The notes: generated from the letters alone by a model not told the origin. A stretch of DNA of 28,212 bases from Candidatus Hydrogenedentota bacterium (GCA_034408725.1 JAWXCN010000125.1:1-28212); one strand, 5' to 3'. Shown: positions 1-8,517, numbered from the stretch's first letter. Numbers and translations: made by a program.

Positions 1-4
1 AAAT

Positions 5-26
5 AATATATGTTATATTTTATAAT
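5..26 (+). promoter_or_regulatory. AT-rich promoter region: TATAAT -10 box (21-26) preceded by the inverted repeat AATATA-tgt-TATATT (5-19)
   Basis: Perfect TATAAT in a very AT-rich patch 37 nt before the ATG at 63; any -35 box would lie at or beyond the window edge. Confidence 0.45.
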
Positions 27-62
27 ATCGACTGATTGAATCTCATACGAAGAGGATTTTCC

Positions 63-1340
63 ATGCGGTCCGCGCTCCAGCACCACCGCAATATCACCCC
101 GGCCGTGATCGACGCCCTCGCCGATACGCCCGTCGTGGTGATTCATGGCGCGCGCCAAACGGGCAAGAGCACCCTTGCGCGCTCCATTGCCGAAGGACCG
201 CATCCCGCAACGTATATGTCATTCGACGATCTGACCATATTGGGAATGGCGAAGGATGACCCGGCAGGGTTCATCGCGGGACTGACGGGGCCCGTGGTGA
301 TAGATGAGATTCAACGGGTGCCCGATCTCCTCCTCGCAATCAAGGCAAGCGTGGACCGCGACCGGAGGCCTGGCCGTTTTCTGTTAACCGGATCGGCGCA
401 CGTGCTCAATCGTCCCCGGTTGGCTGATACCTTGGCGGGACGCATGGAAGTGCTGACGCTCTGGCCGCTATCGCAGGGAGAACTGCATTCCACAAAAGAA
501 ACGTTCATTGATCGCCTTTTCGCAAGCGGGCCACTGTCGCCCGTGGCGCAACCGAAGGTCTCTCCGGCGAGCATGCTAGACCGGATAGTTCAGGGGGGAT
601 TTCCGGAAGCCACTGCCCGGACCAACCCGGATCGGCGCAGGGCGTGGTTTGGCGCGTATATCAGCGCGGTTATCGAACGTGAAGTACGGGACCTCTCGAA
701 CATTGCCGGACTGACGGAACTGCCGCGGCTGCTTTCGCTGCTTGCGGCGCGCGCGGCGGGGTTGCTGAATTATGCCGACCTCGCGCGCGACGCGGGGCTG
801 AATCAGATTACGCTTAAACGTTACGTGGCGTTGTTGAACGCAGTCTTCATGACCATCAATGTCCGGCCGTGGTTTGCGAACCGCGCCAAACGCCTGATGA
901 AATCGGAGAAGGTGTATCTGGTCGATACTGGATTGCTGGCGCACTTGTTAAACGTCACGCACGAGGATATCGCGCAGGACGCGCACGCGAAAGGCGCGCT
1001 GTTCGAGAACTTCGTGGCGGTCGAAATTCTCAAGCAGCGCACGTGGTCTGCGACGCGCCCGGATGTGTACCATTTTCGCGACTATTCGGGAAACGAGGTG
1101 GACCTTGTACTGGAGGCGCCGGGAGGACGGAAAGTTGTGGGAATCGAGGTGAAGGCCTCCGCAACGATTCGAAAAAGGGACCTCACGGGCATGATGGTGA
1201 TGCGCGAAGCACTCCGCAACAAATTCCATCGTGGCGTCGTGCTTTATAACGGCGATACCATCGTGCCCTTTGGCAATGATATTTATGCCGTTCCCATTCA
1301 GCATTTGTGGGCCAACGGCGCGAGCGCGAAGAAAAAATAG
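63..1340 (+). CDS. ATP-binding protein, AAA_14 + DUF4143 family, with a C-terminal PD-(D/E)xK-like domain
   Basis: Walker A GARQTGKS, Walker B VVIDEIQ, LLTGS, LAGR, GGFPE, DTGLL, GALFEN and EVDLV..GIEVK motifs; AGAGGA SD favours ATG 63 over TTG 36. Confidence 0.9.
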   Translation: MRSALQHHRNITPAVIDALADTPVVVIHGARQTGKSTLARSIAEGPHPATYMSFDDLTILGMAKDDPAGFIAGLTGPVVIDEIQRVPDLLLAIKASVDRDRRPGRFLLTGSAHVLNRPRLADTLAGRMEVLTLWPLSQGELHSTKETFIDRLFASGPLSPVAQPKVSPASMLDRIVQGGFPEATARTNPDRRRAWFGAYISAVIEREVRDLSNIAGLTELPRLLSLLAARAAGLLNYADLARDAGLNQITLKRYVALLNAVFMTINVRPWFANRAKRLMKSEKVYLVDTGLLAHLLNVTHEDIAQDAHAKGALFENFVAVEILKQRTWSATRPDVYHFRDYSGNEVDLVLEAPGGRKVVGIEVKASATIRKRDLTGMMVMREALRNKFHRGVVLYNGDTIVPFGNDIYAVPIQHLWANGASAKKK

Positions 1341-1366
1341 ACCCGGCGGGGTGCGCGTCCCCGGCT

Positions 1367-2128
1367 TCATCGGAGCCAATACTCCTTTGCGGCCGGGGAC
1401 GCGTTTTCGATCTTGCCAAAGCGGCGTTCGCGGCGATGGAACTCGTGGACGGCCTGGCGAAAATCCGTGTCCGAAAAATCGGGCCACAAGACGGAGGTGA
1501 AATACAGTTCCGCATAGGCGCATTCCCATAGCAGGAAGTCGCTTAATCGTTGTTCGCCGCCGGTGCGGATCAACAGGTCTACGTTGGGGACGGGACGGGT
1601 ACTGCCATCGCCCGCGAGGTACTGTGAGAGGCCATCGGGATTTTGCCGCTGGTGTCCGAGGTATCGACGGGCAGCGGCAAGAATGGCATCGCGTGATGAA
1701 TAATCCAGCGCGATTCGAAGGTCAAGCCGTGTGCCATGCGCAGTTGCCGATTCAGCCGCTGCTATACTTTTCAGGAGCGCGTAGTCCAAACGCTGGCGTG
1801 AGCCGATAACTTGCATGCGCACACCCTCGCGCAGGCATCGCTGCTGCTCGCTATCGATGAATTCTCGCAGCAGCATCATCAGGTTTTCGACTTCATCGGC
1901 GGGGCGCGACCAGTTGTCGCGCGAAAATGCATAGAGGGTGAGCGCTTGTACGCCGACGGATGGCGCGGCTTCGACAATGCGCCTCACCGATTGTGCGCCT
2001 GCCCGGTGGCCTTCGGCGCGGGGTTGGCCCAGCGATGTTGCCCAGCGGCCGTTCCCGTCCATGATGATTGCGACATGTATGCCCTTGGTCGAGGGTAGAT
2101 ACTTGGCGGCGGTAAGTACACGGCGCAT
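1367..2128 (-). CDS. uppS: Isoprenyl transferase (cis-prenyltransferase, UppS family), divergent paralogue
   Basis: HVAIIMDGNGRWA, GHRAG, LYAFSxxNWxR, DLLIRTGGEQRLSDFLLW, LWPDF and RRFG motifs; GGAGGGAG SD upstream of ATG 2128. Confidence 0.93.
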   Translation of the reverse strand: MRRVLTAAKYLPSTKGIHVAIIMDGNGRWATSLGQPRAEGHRAGAQSVRRIVEAAPSVGVQALTLYAFSRDNWSRPADEVENLMMLLREFIDSEQQRCLREGVRMQVIGSRQRLDYALLKSIAAAESATAHGTRLDLRIALDYSSRDAILAAARRYLGHQRQNPDGLSQYLAGDGSTRPVPNVDLLIRTGGEQRLSDFLLWECAYAELYFTSVLWPDFSDTDFRQAVHEFHRRERRFGKIENASPAAKEYWLR

Positions 2129-2176
2129 GCTATTGTCTCCCTCCAAGTCTGACTCCCGGCATCTATCGACAAAGAC

Positions 2177-2191
2177 CTTTGTACTACAAAG
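2177..2191. promoter_or_regulatory. Palindromic operator candidate CTTTGTA-C-TACAAAG (CTTTG-N5-CAAAG) upstream of uppS
   Basis: Perfect 7-1-7 inverted repeat; the same motif recurs at 3240-3254. Confidence 0.65.
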
Positions 2192-2200
2192 AGCGAATCC

Positions 2201-2229
2201 AAAAAAAGAGACAGGCGCGGGCGCCTATC
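2201..2229 (-). terminator. Intrinsic terminator after the wHTH regulator gene
   Basis: Minus strand GATAGGCG-CCCG-CGCCTGTC forms an 8-bp stem with one G-U pair, followed by TCTTTTTTT. Confidence 0.6.
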
Positions 2230-2593
2230 CTTCGCGCACGCGCCGGATTAACGATTCCATGTGCGCAAGATATTTCTCGAGCGTTTTCCGGCCTTTATCC
2301 GTAATCTTGAAATCGGTCTTAGGCATGCGCCCTTCAAAATATTTGGTGCAGTCGATGTATCCTGCCTCTTCCAGTTTGCGCGCATGCACGCTAAGGTTCC
2401 CGTCGGTGGTGCGAAGAATCCGTTTTAGTTCGTTAAACGACAAGGTTTCGTTCACTGCGAGGGCGCTCACGATCGCCAGGCGCAGCCGCTCGTGTATTAC
2501 GCGATCAAATGCCGTAGTCTCGACCGGGTCCGCTTTGCGCGCAGACGGAACGCGTGGTTCGCCCCGTTTTGCTGTATTTGTTTTACCCGCCAT
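2225..2593 (-). CDS. Winged helix-turn-helix transcriptional regulator (HTH_34 / ArsR-MarR-like)
   Basis: FDRVIHERLRLAIVSAL, LSFNELK, TDGNLSVHARKLEEAGYI, K-F-GRMPKT, TDKGR motifs; ATG 2593 with GAGG SD overlaps the upstream gene end by 11 nt. Confidence 0.9.
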   Translation of the reverse strand: MAGKTNTAKRGEPRVPSARKADPVETTAFDRVIHERLRLAIVSALAVNETLSFNELKRILRTTDGNLSVHARKLEEAGYIDCTKYFEGRMPKTDFKITDKGRKTLEKYLAHMESLIRRVREG

Positions 2594-3200
2594 ACTTCCT
2601 CGCAATGATATATCCAAAGACAAGTTGCATGCCGCCGAATCCCGCTGCCATAAACCAGTCACCCCACGCTTGGGGCGCCAATAGCGCCGCGATACCGAGG
2701 GCGGTGATGCACGCGCCCATCACGGGCACGATGCGCACGGAATAAGCACCCGCGGTAACGACGCCGGCCCCGTAGAGGAGTAGCCACGCGCCGGGCATCA
2801 GGCCAAAATTTCCGTCCCGGTAAAAGACGAGTGTGAACACCACGCCGGCGCCGAGTGTGGGGATCAAGCCCAGCCAGAACCGCCGGCCCGGGCTGTCAAA
2901 AACCGATTCATTGGCTAGGCGGGCCTTTGTGAGCATGGCTGCAAACCCGCAAGCGACCGCGGCTGATGCAGTGGCTATCCACGTCAGCAACCACCCGTCG
3001 GCATGGGGGGCCATGCGCGCAGCGCCAGCGCCAATGAGCGCGACGACGCCCATACTCACGGTGCCCCAGCCCGGCACGGCAGTAAACGAAGTTGATCGCT
3101 CCATGGTTTCGCGGATGAACTTGAGATTGTCCATTGCGAGGACATGCAGATTGACTGGGTCGTCATCCGGTTGTGGTGCGGGCTTTGGCGACGGGTTCAT
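2583..3200 (-). CDS. Uncharacterised integral membrane protein (~6 TM, 205 aa)
   Basis: N-terminal DNLKFIRETMERS helix followed by six hydrophobic segments; coupled to the regulator; ATG 3200 lies 7 nt after a -10 box. Confidence 0.8.
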   Translation of the reverse strand: MNPSPKPAPQPDDDPVNLHVLAMDNLKFIRETMERSTSFTAVPGWGTVSMGVVALIGAGAARMAPHADGWLLTWIATASAAVACGFAAMLTKARLANESVFDSPGRRFWLGLIPTLGAGVVFTLVFYRDGNFGLMPGAWLLLYGAGVVTAGAYSVRIVPVMGACITALGIAALLAPQAWGDWFMAAGFGGMQLVFGYIIARKYGG

Positions 3201-3207
3201 GGGGGCA

Positions 3208-3236
3208 AGTATACCGCGGGCCGGGTGGTCTGTCAA
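3208..3236 (-). promoter_or_regulatory. Sigma70-type promoter TTGACA-17-TATACT, apparently leaderless
   Basis: -35 at 3236-3231, -10 at 3213-3208, 17-nt spacer, then TGCCCCC and the ATG; no SD. Confidence 0.8.
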
Positions 3237-3239
3237 GTG

Positions 3240-3254
3240 CTTTGCGTTGCAAAG
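3240..3254. promoter_or_regulatory. Palindromic operator candidate CTTTGC-GTT-GCAAAG, 3 nt upstream of the -35 box
   Basis: 6-3-6 inverted repeat matching the site at 2177-2191. Confidence 0.65.
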
Positions 3255-3364
3255 GCAACGCGGCGCGCGTGCGGAGGGGCGGTCAATGCTCTACAGTAGC
3301 CTGGAGACACCGTTGCCGCGTGGTGCTCCAAACAGGTGCAGTTGCGGCGTCAAGGGAAACACCA

Positions 3365-4630
3365 ATGACCGTTTTGATTACCGCGATGGCAATTGCCATG
3401 ACCGTATCCGCGTTGTGTTCGCTGCTCGAGGCAACCTTGCTTAGTCTCACCCCGACCCAGGTAGCGCAAATGGCGGAAACGCATCCAGGGGCGGTCTCCA
3501 CTTGGCAAAAACTGAAGGGCGACATTTCCAGGCCGATAGCAGTCATTCTCGTGTTTAACACGTTGTCGCACACTGTCGGCGCAACAGTTGCGGGCGCGCA
3601 ATTCGAGAGTCTATATGGAAAAGAATGGTTGGCGGTGTATTCGCTGGTGTTTGCCGTTCTCATTCTGCAGTTCACCGAAATCTTACCAAAGACGCTGGGC
3701 GTGCGGTATAACACCGCCATCGCGCCGGTCACCGGATGGATGTTGTACGCGGTTGTGCGCGCGACGTCTCCGCTGATTGCATTGATCAATCTGATGAACC
3801 GGCCTTTTGAAGGACGGGGCCGCAAGGAGAATCATCGTGAAACGGTCGAGGAGATCGCGTCGCTTGCGGGGCTGGCGCGTCTGTCGAAGCTGATTGGCCC
3901 GCACGAGGAGCGGATTATCAAGAATGCCACAAAGATGGCATTTACCGAGGTAGGCGATGTAATGCTGCCGGTCGATCAGATTACGTTTTTAACCACGTCT
4001 CAAACGATGACTGACGCCGTAATGACGGCGCATTGGGATCCGCACACGAGATTCCCTATTTGCGAAGACGGGGACCATGATCGGGTGTTGGGTTACATCA
4101 ATTTCAAGGAAATGGTGTATCGCGCGCGAACGAACCCCGCGGATCCGAGTCTGCGCGGCATCATCCGTCCAGTTCATTTTGTGGCGAAAGACGAATCGGC
4201 GGCGGAGTTGTTGCGGATGTTTGTCGAGCAACACGTACACGTGGCGCTGGTACGCGATGAAAAGGGAAAAACCCTCGGACTTATTACCATGGAAGACTTG
4301 GTTGAAGAATTGGTCGGAGAATTGGAAGACGAGTTTGACCGGTTGCCGCGGATGTGCCACGCGCTCAGCGGGGGCACGTGGATGGTTGGCGGCGGGTTTC
4401 CAGCCTCGAAACTTGACGACGTGCTCGGGGTTCCGCTTGAAAACGTGCGGGGCAGCACGTCCGCGTGGCTCATTGAGCGCATGGGCCGGTTGCCAAAAGT
4501 AAACGAGATATACCGCGAAGCGGGGTGCGAGATATTGATTCGGCGCACGCGGCGTGGCAAAATTTTTGAAGTCGCGGTATCGAAAGCGCGCGTGGGCGTT
4601 GTTGAGCCCGGCGGCGTGACACGGGACTGA
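3365..4630 (+). CDS. CNNM/hemolysin-family membrane protein (DUF21 + CBS pair + CorC_HlyC)
   Basis: SALCSLLEATLLSL, ILVFNT, FTEILPKTLG, HTRFPI and GLITMEDLVEELVGELEDEFD motifs; AAGGGA SD before ATG 3365. Confidence 0.9.
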   Translation: MTVLITAMAIAMTVSALCSLLEATLLSLTPTQVAQMAETHPGAVSTWQKLKGDISRPIAVILVFNTLSHTVGATVAGAQFESLYGKEWLAVYSLVFAVLILQFTEILPKTLGVRYNTAIAPVTGWMLYAVVRATSPLIALINLMNRPFEGRGRKENHRETVEEIASLAGLARLSKLIGPHEERIIKNATKMAFTEVGDVMLPVDQITFLTTSQTMTDAVMTAHWDPHTRFPICEDGDHDRVLGYINFKEMVYRARTNPADPSLRGIIRPVHFVAKDESAAELLRMFVEQHVHVALVRDEKGKTLGLITMEDLVEELVGELEDEFDRLPRMCHALSGGTWMVGGGFPASKLDDVLGVPLENVRGSTSAWLIERMGRLPKVNEIYREAGCEILIRRTRRGKIFEVAVSKARVGVVEPGGVTRD

Positions 4631-4668
4631 CTGGGCGACGGATTTCAGGGGTTAATCGTCCAATTTAC

Positions 4669-5904
4669 ATGAAACAAGACACCAGTATGCTGCTTGTGTT
4701 GCCCGTGTGCTACCGGAAGGTGGGCAATCATTTGCTGTTGGAGGCCCAGGCGTGCAATGGCATTGAGCGTTGGGCCGACAACTTTTCCTCGTTGGTGGTC
4801 GCTTGTCCGGTGGTACCCGAGGACCGTGTTGAAGCGGACAGCTCGGCCGTCTGGAAAGACACTCGGGAGATCGCGTGCCGTGATCGCGTCGAATTTGTGC
4901 CACTACCCTGGGCGTTTGGCGTGGGCACGTGCCTTCGCACGTATCGAGCGACGCGCGGGCTGCTTGCCGGTCTCATTGCGCGCAGCCGCTATCTTCAATT
5001 CGGATTGTGGGGGCTTGTGGGAGATTGGGCGTCCGTGGGCGCGCTCGAAGCAATCAAGCAGAGGCGCGAATATTCTTTGCACGTTGACATTGTGAATCAT
5101 GTCGCGGTGAAACGCGCGGCGCGCGCGCATGGACTTAAACGGCGCCTGCGCGCCGGCATTGAAGCGCCGTTAATGAAACAGTTGCACGCGCACCTCGCCC
5201 GGCATTGCGCGTTGGGACTGTGGCACGGCTACGATTGTTATCAGGTCTATTGCGCGTGGTGCAAGAACAACCACAACGTACACGACGTCCACACGAAGCC
5301 GGAAGACTGCATTTCGCCGGAAGCCCTGGAAGCAAAGGCGCGTGACGCGGAGTCGGCATCCGAGGTGCGCGTCTGTTATGCGGGTCGCGCAACGGCGGTC
5401 AAAGGGCCTCTCGACTGGGTGCGAGCGGTGGCGCATGCGAGAACAATGGGCGCCAACTTGCGGGCAACGTGGATTGGCGACGGTCCGATGCTGGAAGACA
5501 TGCGGCAGCTCGCGGGAAGGCTGGCGTTGGGAGAGTATTTTGATGCTCCAGGATTCGTCAGCGATCGCGCAGTAGTGTTGGACGTGCTGCGGGGGAGTCA
5601 TATCATGCCATTCGCGCACCTGACACCCGAATCACCCCGGTGCCTGCTCGAGGCGCTGCTTTCGGGGACACCGATCGTGGGTTATGACAACGCGTATGCG
5701 AAAGATTTGGTGGATGGACATGGTGGTGGGCGGTTTGTACCACTGGAAAATTGGAAGGCGCTGGGTGAAGAACTCGCGAAGCTTGTGGCGGACCGGGCCG
5801 CATTGGCTGCGTTGATTCGGGCCGCGGGGAAAAATGGCGCGCGATTCAATGACGTGCAGGTGTTCGGGGAACGGAGCAACCTTGTCAAGAAGTATTTACC
5901 GTGA
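4669..5904 (+). CDS. Glycosyltransferase, GT-B fold (GT4-like)
   Basis: YAGRATAVKG, IGDGPM and PESPRCLLEALLSGTPIVG motifs. Confidence 0.85.
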   Translation: MKQDTSMLLVLPVCYRKVGNHLLLEAQACNGIERWADNFSSLVVACPVVPEDRVEADSSAVWKDTREIACRDRVEFVPLPWAFGVGTCLRTYRATRGLLAGLIARSRYLQFGLWGLVGDWASVGALEAIKQRREYSLHVDIVNHVAVKRAARAHGLKRRLRAGIEAPLMKQLHAHLARHCALGLWHGYDCYQVYCAWCKNNHNVHDVHTKPEDCISPEALEAKARDAESASEVRVCYAGRATAVKGPLDWVRAVAHARTMGANLRATWIGDGPMLEDMRQLAGRLALGEYFDAPGFVSDRAVVLDVLRGSHIMPFAHLTPESPRCLLEALLSGTPIVGYDNAYAKDLVDGHGGGRFVPLENWKALGEELAKLVADRAALAALIRAAGKNGARFNDVQVFGERSNLVKKYLP

Positions 5905-5996
5905 AAATTGAGCGGCGACTCGATACCTACGTACATGGGCACGAGATCGCTTCGCGGTAGCGGGGCCGTGCTGCTATTGCCGGGGGACACTGTTTT

Positions 5997-7043
5997 TTGA
6001 GCAAGCTTTGGAATGACATTGTGCGGCAACCGCAGGAATTACAGGCCTGTCTTGAGTACACCATGGGCAGCGGTGGGAAGGCGCGACTCGACGCCGCGGC
6101 GTCGCTGGTAAATCAGTCGCGCCATGTATACATCACGGGGATTGGTGCGAGTTGGCACGCGTCGATTGGCGTGCAGCATCTGTTCCAGATGCACGGAATC
6201 CCCGCGCACGCAGTCGATACGGCCGAACTCGAGATCATGTGGCCAATCGCGGCGGACGCGACAGTAATCGTTTTGTCGCGCAGCGGGCGCAGCATTGAAA
6301 TTATTCGTGTGCTTGAGAAGGCGAAGCATGCGAACGCCCGGATCGTCGCTATCACGAACGCAGGGGATAGTCCTCTAGCACGGGGCGCTGACGTCGCATT
6401 GTTGTGCAACGTGCAATTCGATAATGCTGCGTCCATCGCGACATACACCGCGCCCGGGCTTGTCGGAGGATTGCTCGCGGCGCGGTGCGCAGCTGTGATG
6501 GATGAAGCCCTCGTGGCATCGCTGTCAACAGCTTTTGCGCAGACCGGCGTCCGCATTCATTCGTGGCGCGATGTTATCGAAAGATCGGATTGGTTGAACA
6601 TCAATGCGCCGACGTTTTTCCTTGCGCGTGGGGGCAGCATGGCCAGCAGTTACGAAGGGCGGCTGCTGTGGATCGAAGTGGCGCGCGCGGCATCATCCGC
6701 GATGGGCACCGGGGCTTTCCGGCACGGTCCGCAGGAAATACTGGCGGCGGGCCGGGCGCGCATTGCGATATGGATCGATGCAGAGCGGTCGCGTGAACAG
6801 GACATGCAACTGGTACGCGACCTTCGTAAATACGATTGCCCGATTTTTTTGATTGGCCAGAAAATTTCCGGGAATTCAACGGACCTATGCATAGACCTTC
6901 CGCAGATTCCCGCGGATTGGCAATTCCTGATCGACATCGTTCCGTTACAAATCGCCGTGGAGATTCATGGTATGTGGCGAGGTTTCGATCCCGATAGTTT
7001 CGAGATATGTTCTCACGTCGTAGAGTCGGAGGGGGGACTTTAG
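5997..7043 (+). CDS. Double-SIS-domain sugar-phosphate isomerase/deaminase-like protein (GlmS C-terminal/AgaS-like), no glutaminase domain
   Basis: DIVRQP, TGIGASWHA, LSRSGRS, AITNAGDSPLA and FRHGP motifs; TTG start with a GGGGA SD. Confidence 0.85.
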   Translation: MSKLWNDIVRQPQELQACLEYTMGSGGKARLDAAASLVNQSRHVYITGIGASWHASIGVQHLFQMHGIPAHAVDTAELEIMWPIAADATVIVLSRSGRSIEIIRVLEKAKHANARIVAITNAGDSPLARGADVALLCNVQFDNAASIATYTAPGLVGGLLAARCAAVMDEALVASLSTAFAQTGVRIHSWRDVIERSDWLNINAPTFFLARGGSMASSYEGRLLWIEVARAASSAMGTGAFRHGPQEILAAGRARIAIWIDAERSREQDMQLVRDLRKYDCPIFLIGQKISGNSTDLCIDLPQIPADWQFLIDIVPLQIAVEIHGMWRGFDPDSFEICSHVVESEGGL

Positions 7044-7169
7044 CGTTGTTTGCAACCATGTCACCACCCATTTGGCGATAGGCTGGCCGGGGTGTATTAT
7101 CAGCGTTTGCGCAAGCGGGAGCACCAAGGGCTGGCTCCCATCCAACCATTACGTAGAGAGGGAAGCACC

Positions 7170-8507
7170 ATGAAGCAATCGCGCTCGCGGCGTGGTCTCA
7201 GTCGCAGGCAATTTTTGAAACAGGGAGGCGCTACAGCGCTTGGCGTTGTCGCACTGCCGAACATAGTTCCGTCGTCTGTACTTGGTCTGGACGGCTCTGT
7301 GCCGCCCAGCGAACGGATCGTCGTGGCGTCCATTGGTGTTGGCGGTCAGGGGACTGCGAACCTGCGGGCATTTCTCGGCCAACGTGACGCGCAGGTCGCG
7401 GGCGTGTGCGACGTGGATTACCAGCGCGCATGCAACGCGCGTGATCTCGTGCATGAGACCTACGGTCAATTCATGCAGAGTGGCGAGTATAAGGGCTGCG
7501 AGGTATACACAGATTTTCGCGCGGTGCTCGAACGCGAAGACGTGGACGCCGTAGTGATATGTTCGCCGGACCATTGGCACGCGGTCATATCGGTAATGGC
7601 CGCGAAGGCGGGCAAGGACATGTACACGGAGAAACCGCTCGCGAACGGCATCGCGGATGGCCGGCGCGTGGTTGACGCAGTGAAGCAGTATGGCCGCGTG
7701 TTCCAAACGGGGAGCCACGAGCGATCGCGAACAAATGCGCGGTATGCCGCGGAGCTGGTAAGAAACGGACGTATCGGTAAGTTGCACACGATTCATGTCA
7801 ACCTTCCGGTTGATAATCATGAACCGATTGCCCCACAGCCGGTGATGCCCGTGCCAGAGGGGTTTGACTACGACATGTGGCTCGGTCCGGCGCCCTGGGC
7901 GCCGTACACGGAAAAGCGTTGTCATTTCTGGTTTCGCTATATCATGGATTATTCCGGCGGTGAGGTGACGGACCGTGGCGCGCATATCATTGATCTTGCG
8001 CGCATGGGGCATGGCACGGACCTCACCGGGCCGGTGGACGTCGAAGGTAAAGGTGATTTCCCGAGGGAGGGCCTGTTTAACACCGCGATGGACTATTCGT
8101 TTTCTTTCACGTTCCGCGACGGCGTGCGGTATATCTGCAAGCAGCAGGGCCCGCGCGGCGTGAAGTTCGAGGGGGACAAAGGCTGGGTGTTTATTCACGT
8201 TCACGGCGGGCACCTCGAAGCCGAGCCGTCGTCGTTGTTGAAAGAAATTATCGGTCCGGACGAAATTCATTTGGGCCGAAGCCCGGGGCATCATCGCGAT
8301 TTCCTTAACAACGTGGTATCGCGTGGGGAGTGTTTTGCGGCGCCGGAGATTGGCCACCGCACGGCGACCATGTGCCATCTTGCGAATATTGCGATGCGGC
8401 TGGAGCGTCCATTGAAGTGGGACCCCGACAAGGAAGTATTCACCAACGACGACGAGGCCAACCGCTTGTTGGAAGTCCCGACGCGGTCGCCCTGGCGGCT
8501 TGTGTAA
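7170..8507 (+). CDS. Tat-exported Gfo/Idh/MocA-family oxidoreductase
   Basis: SRRQFLK twin-arginine signal, IGVGGQG, PDHWH, EKP, WLGPAP and DRGAHIID motifs; GAGGGA SD before ATG 7170. Confidence 0.92.
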   Translation: MKQSRSRRGLSRRQFLKQGGATALGVVALPNIVPSSVLGLDGSVPPSERIVVASIGVGGQGTANLRAFLGQRDAQVAGVCDVDYQRACNARDLVHETYGQFMQSGEYKGCEVYTDFRAVLEREDVDAVVICSPDHWHAVISVMAAKAGKDMYTEKPLANGIADGRRVVDAVKQYGRVFQTGSHERSRTNARYAAELVRNGRIGKLHTIHVNLPVDNHEPIAPQPVMPVPEGFDYDMWLGPAPWAPYTEKRCHFWFRYIMDYSGGEVTDRGAHIIDLARMGHGTDLTGPVDVEGKGDFPREGLFNTAMDYSFSFTFRDGVRYICKQQGPRGVKFEGDKGWVFIHVHGGHLEAEPSSLLKEIIGPDEIHLGRSPGHHRDFLNNVVSRGECFAAPEIGHRTATMCHLANIAMRLERPLKWDPDKEVFTNDDEANRLLEVPTRSPWRLV

Positions 8508-8517
8508 GGGCGGGAGG

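Noticed and set aside
3173-3364. N-terminal extension of the CNNM ORF, and similar extensions at 7050, 12019, 16211, 20160 and 27299
   Set aside because: They overlap promoters or neighbouring genes; downstream starts fit the SDs and family N-termini better
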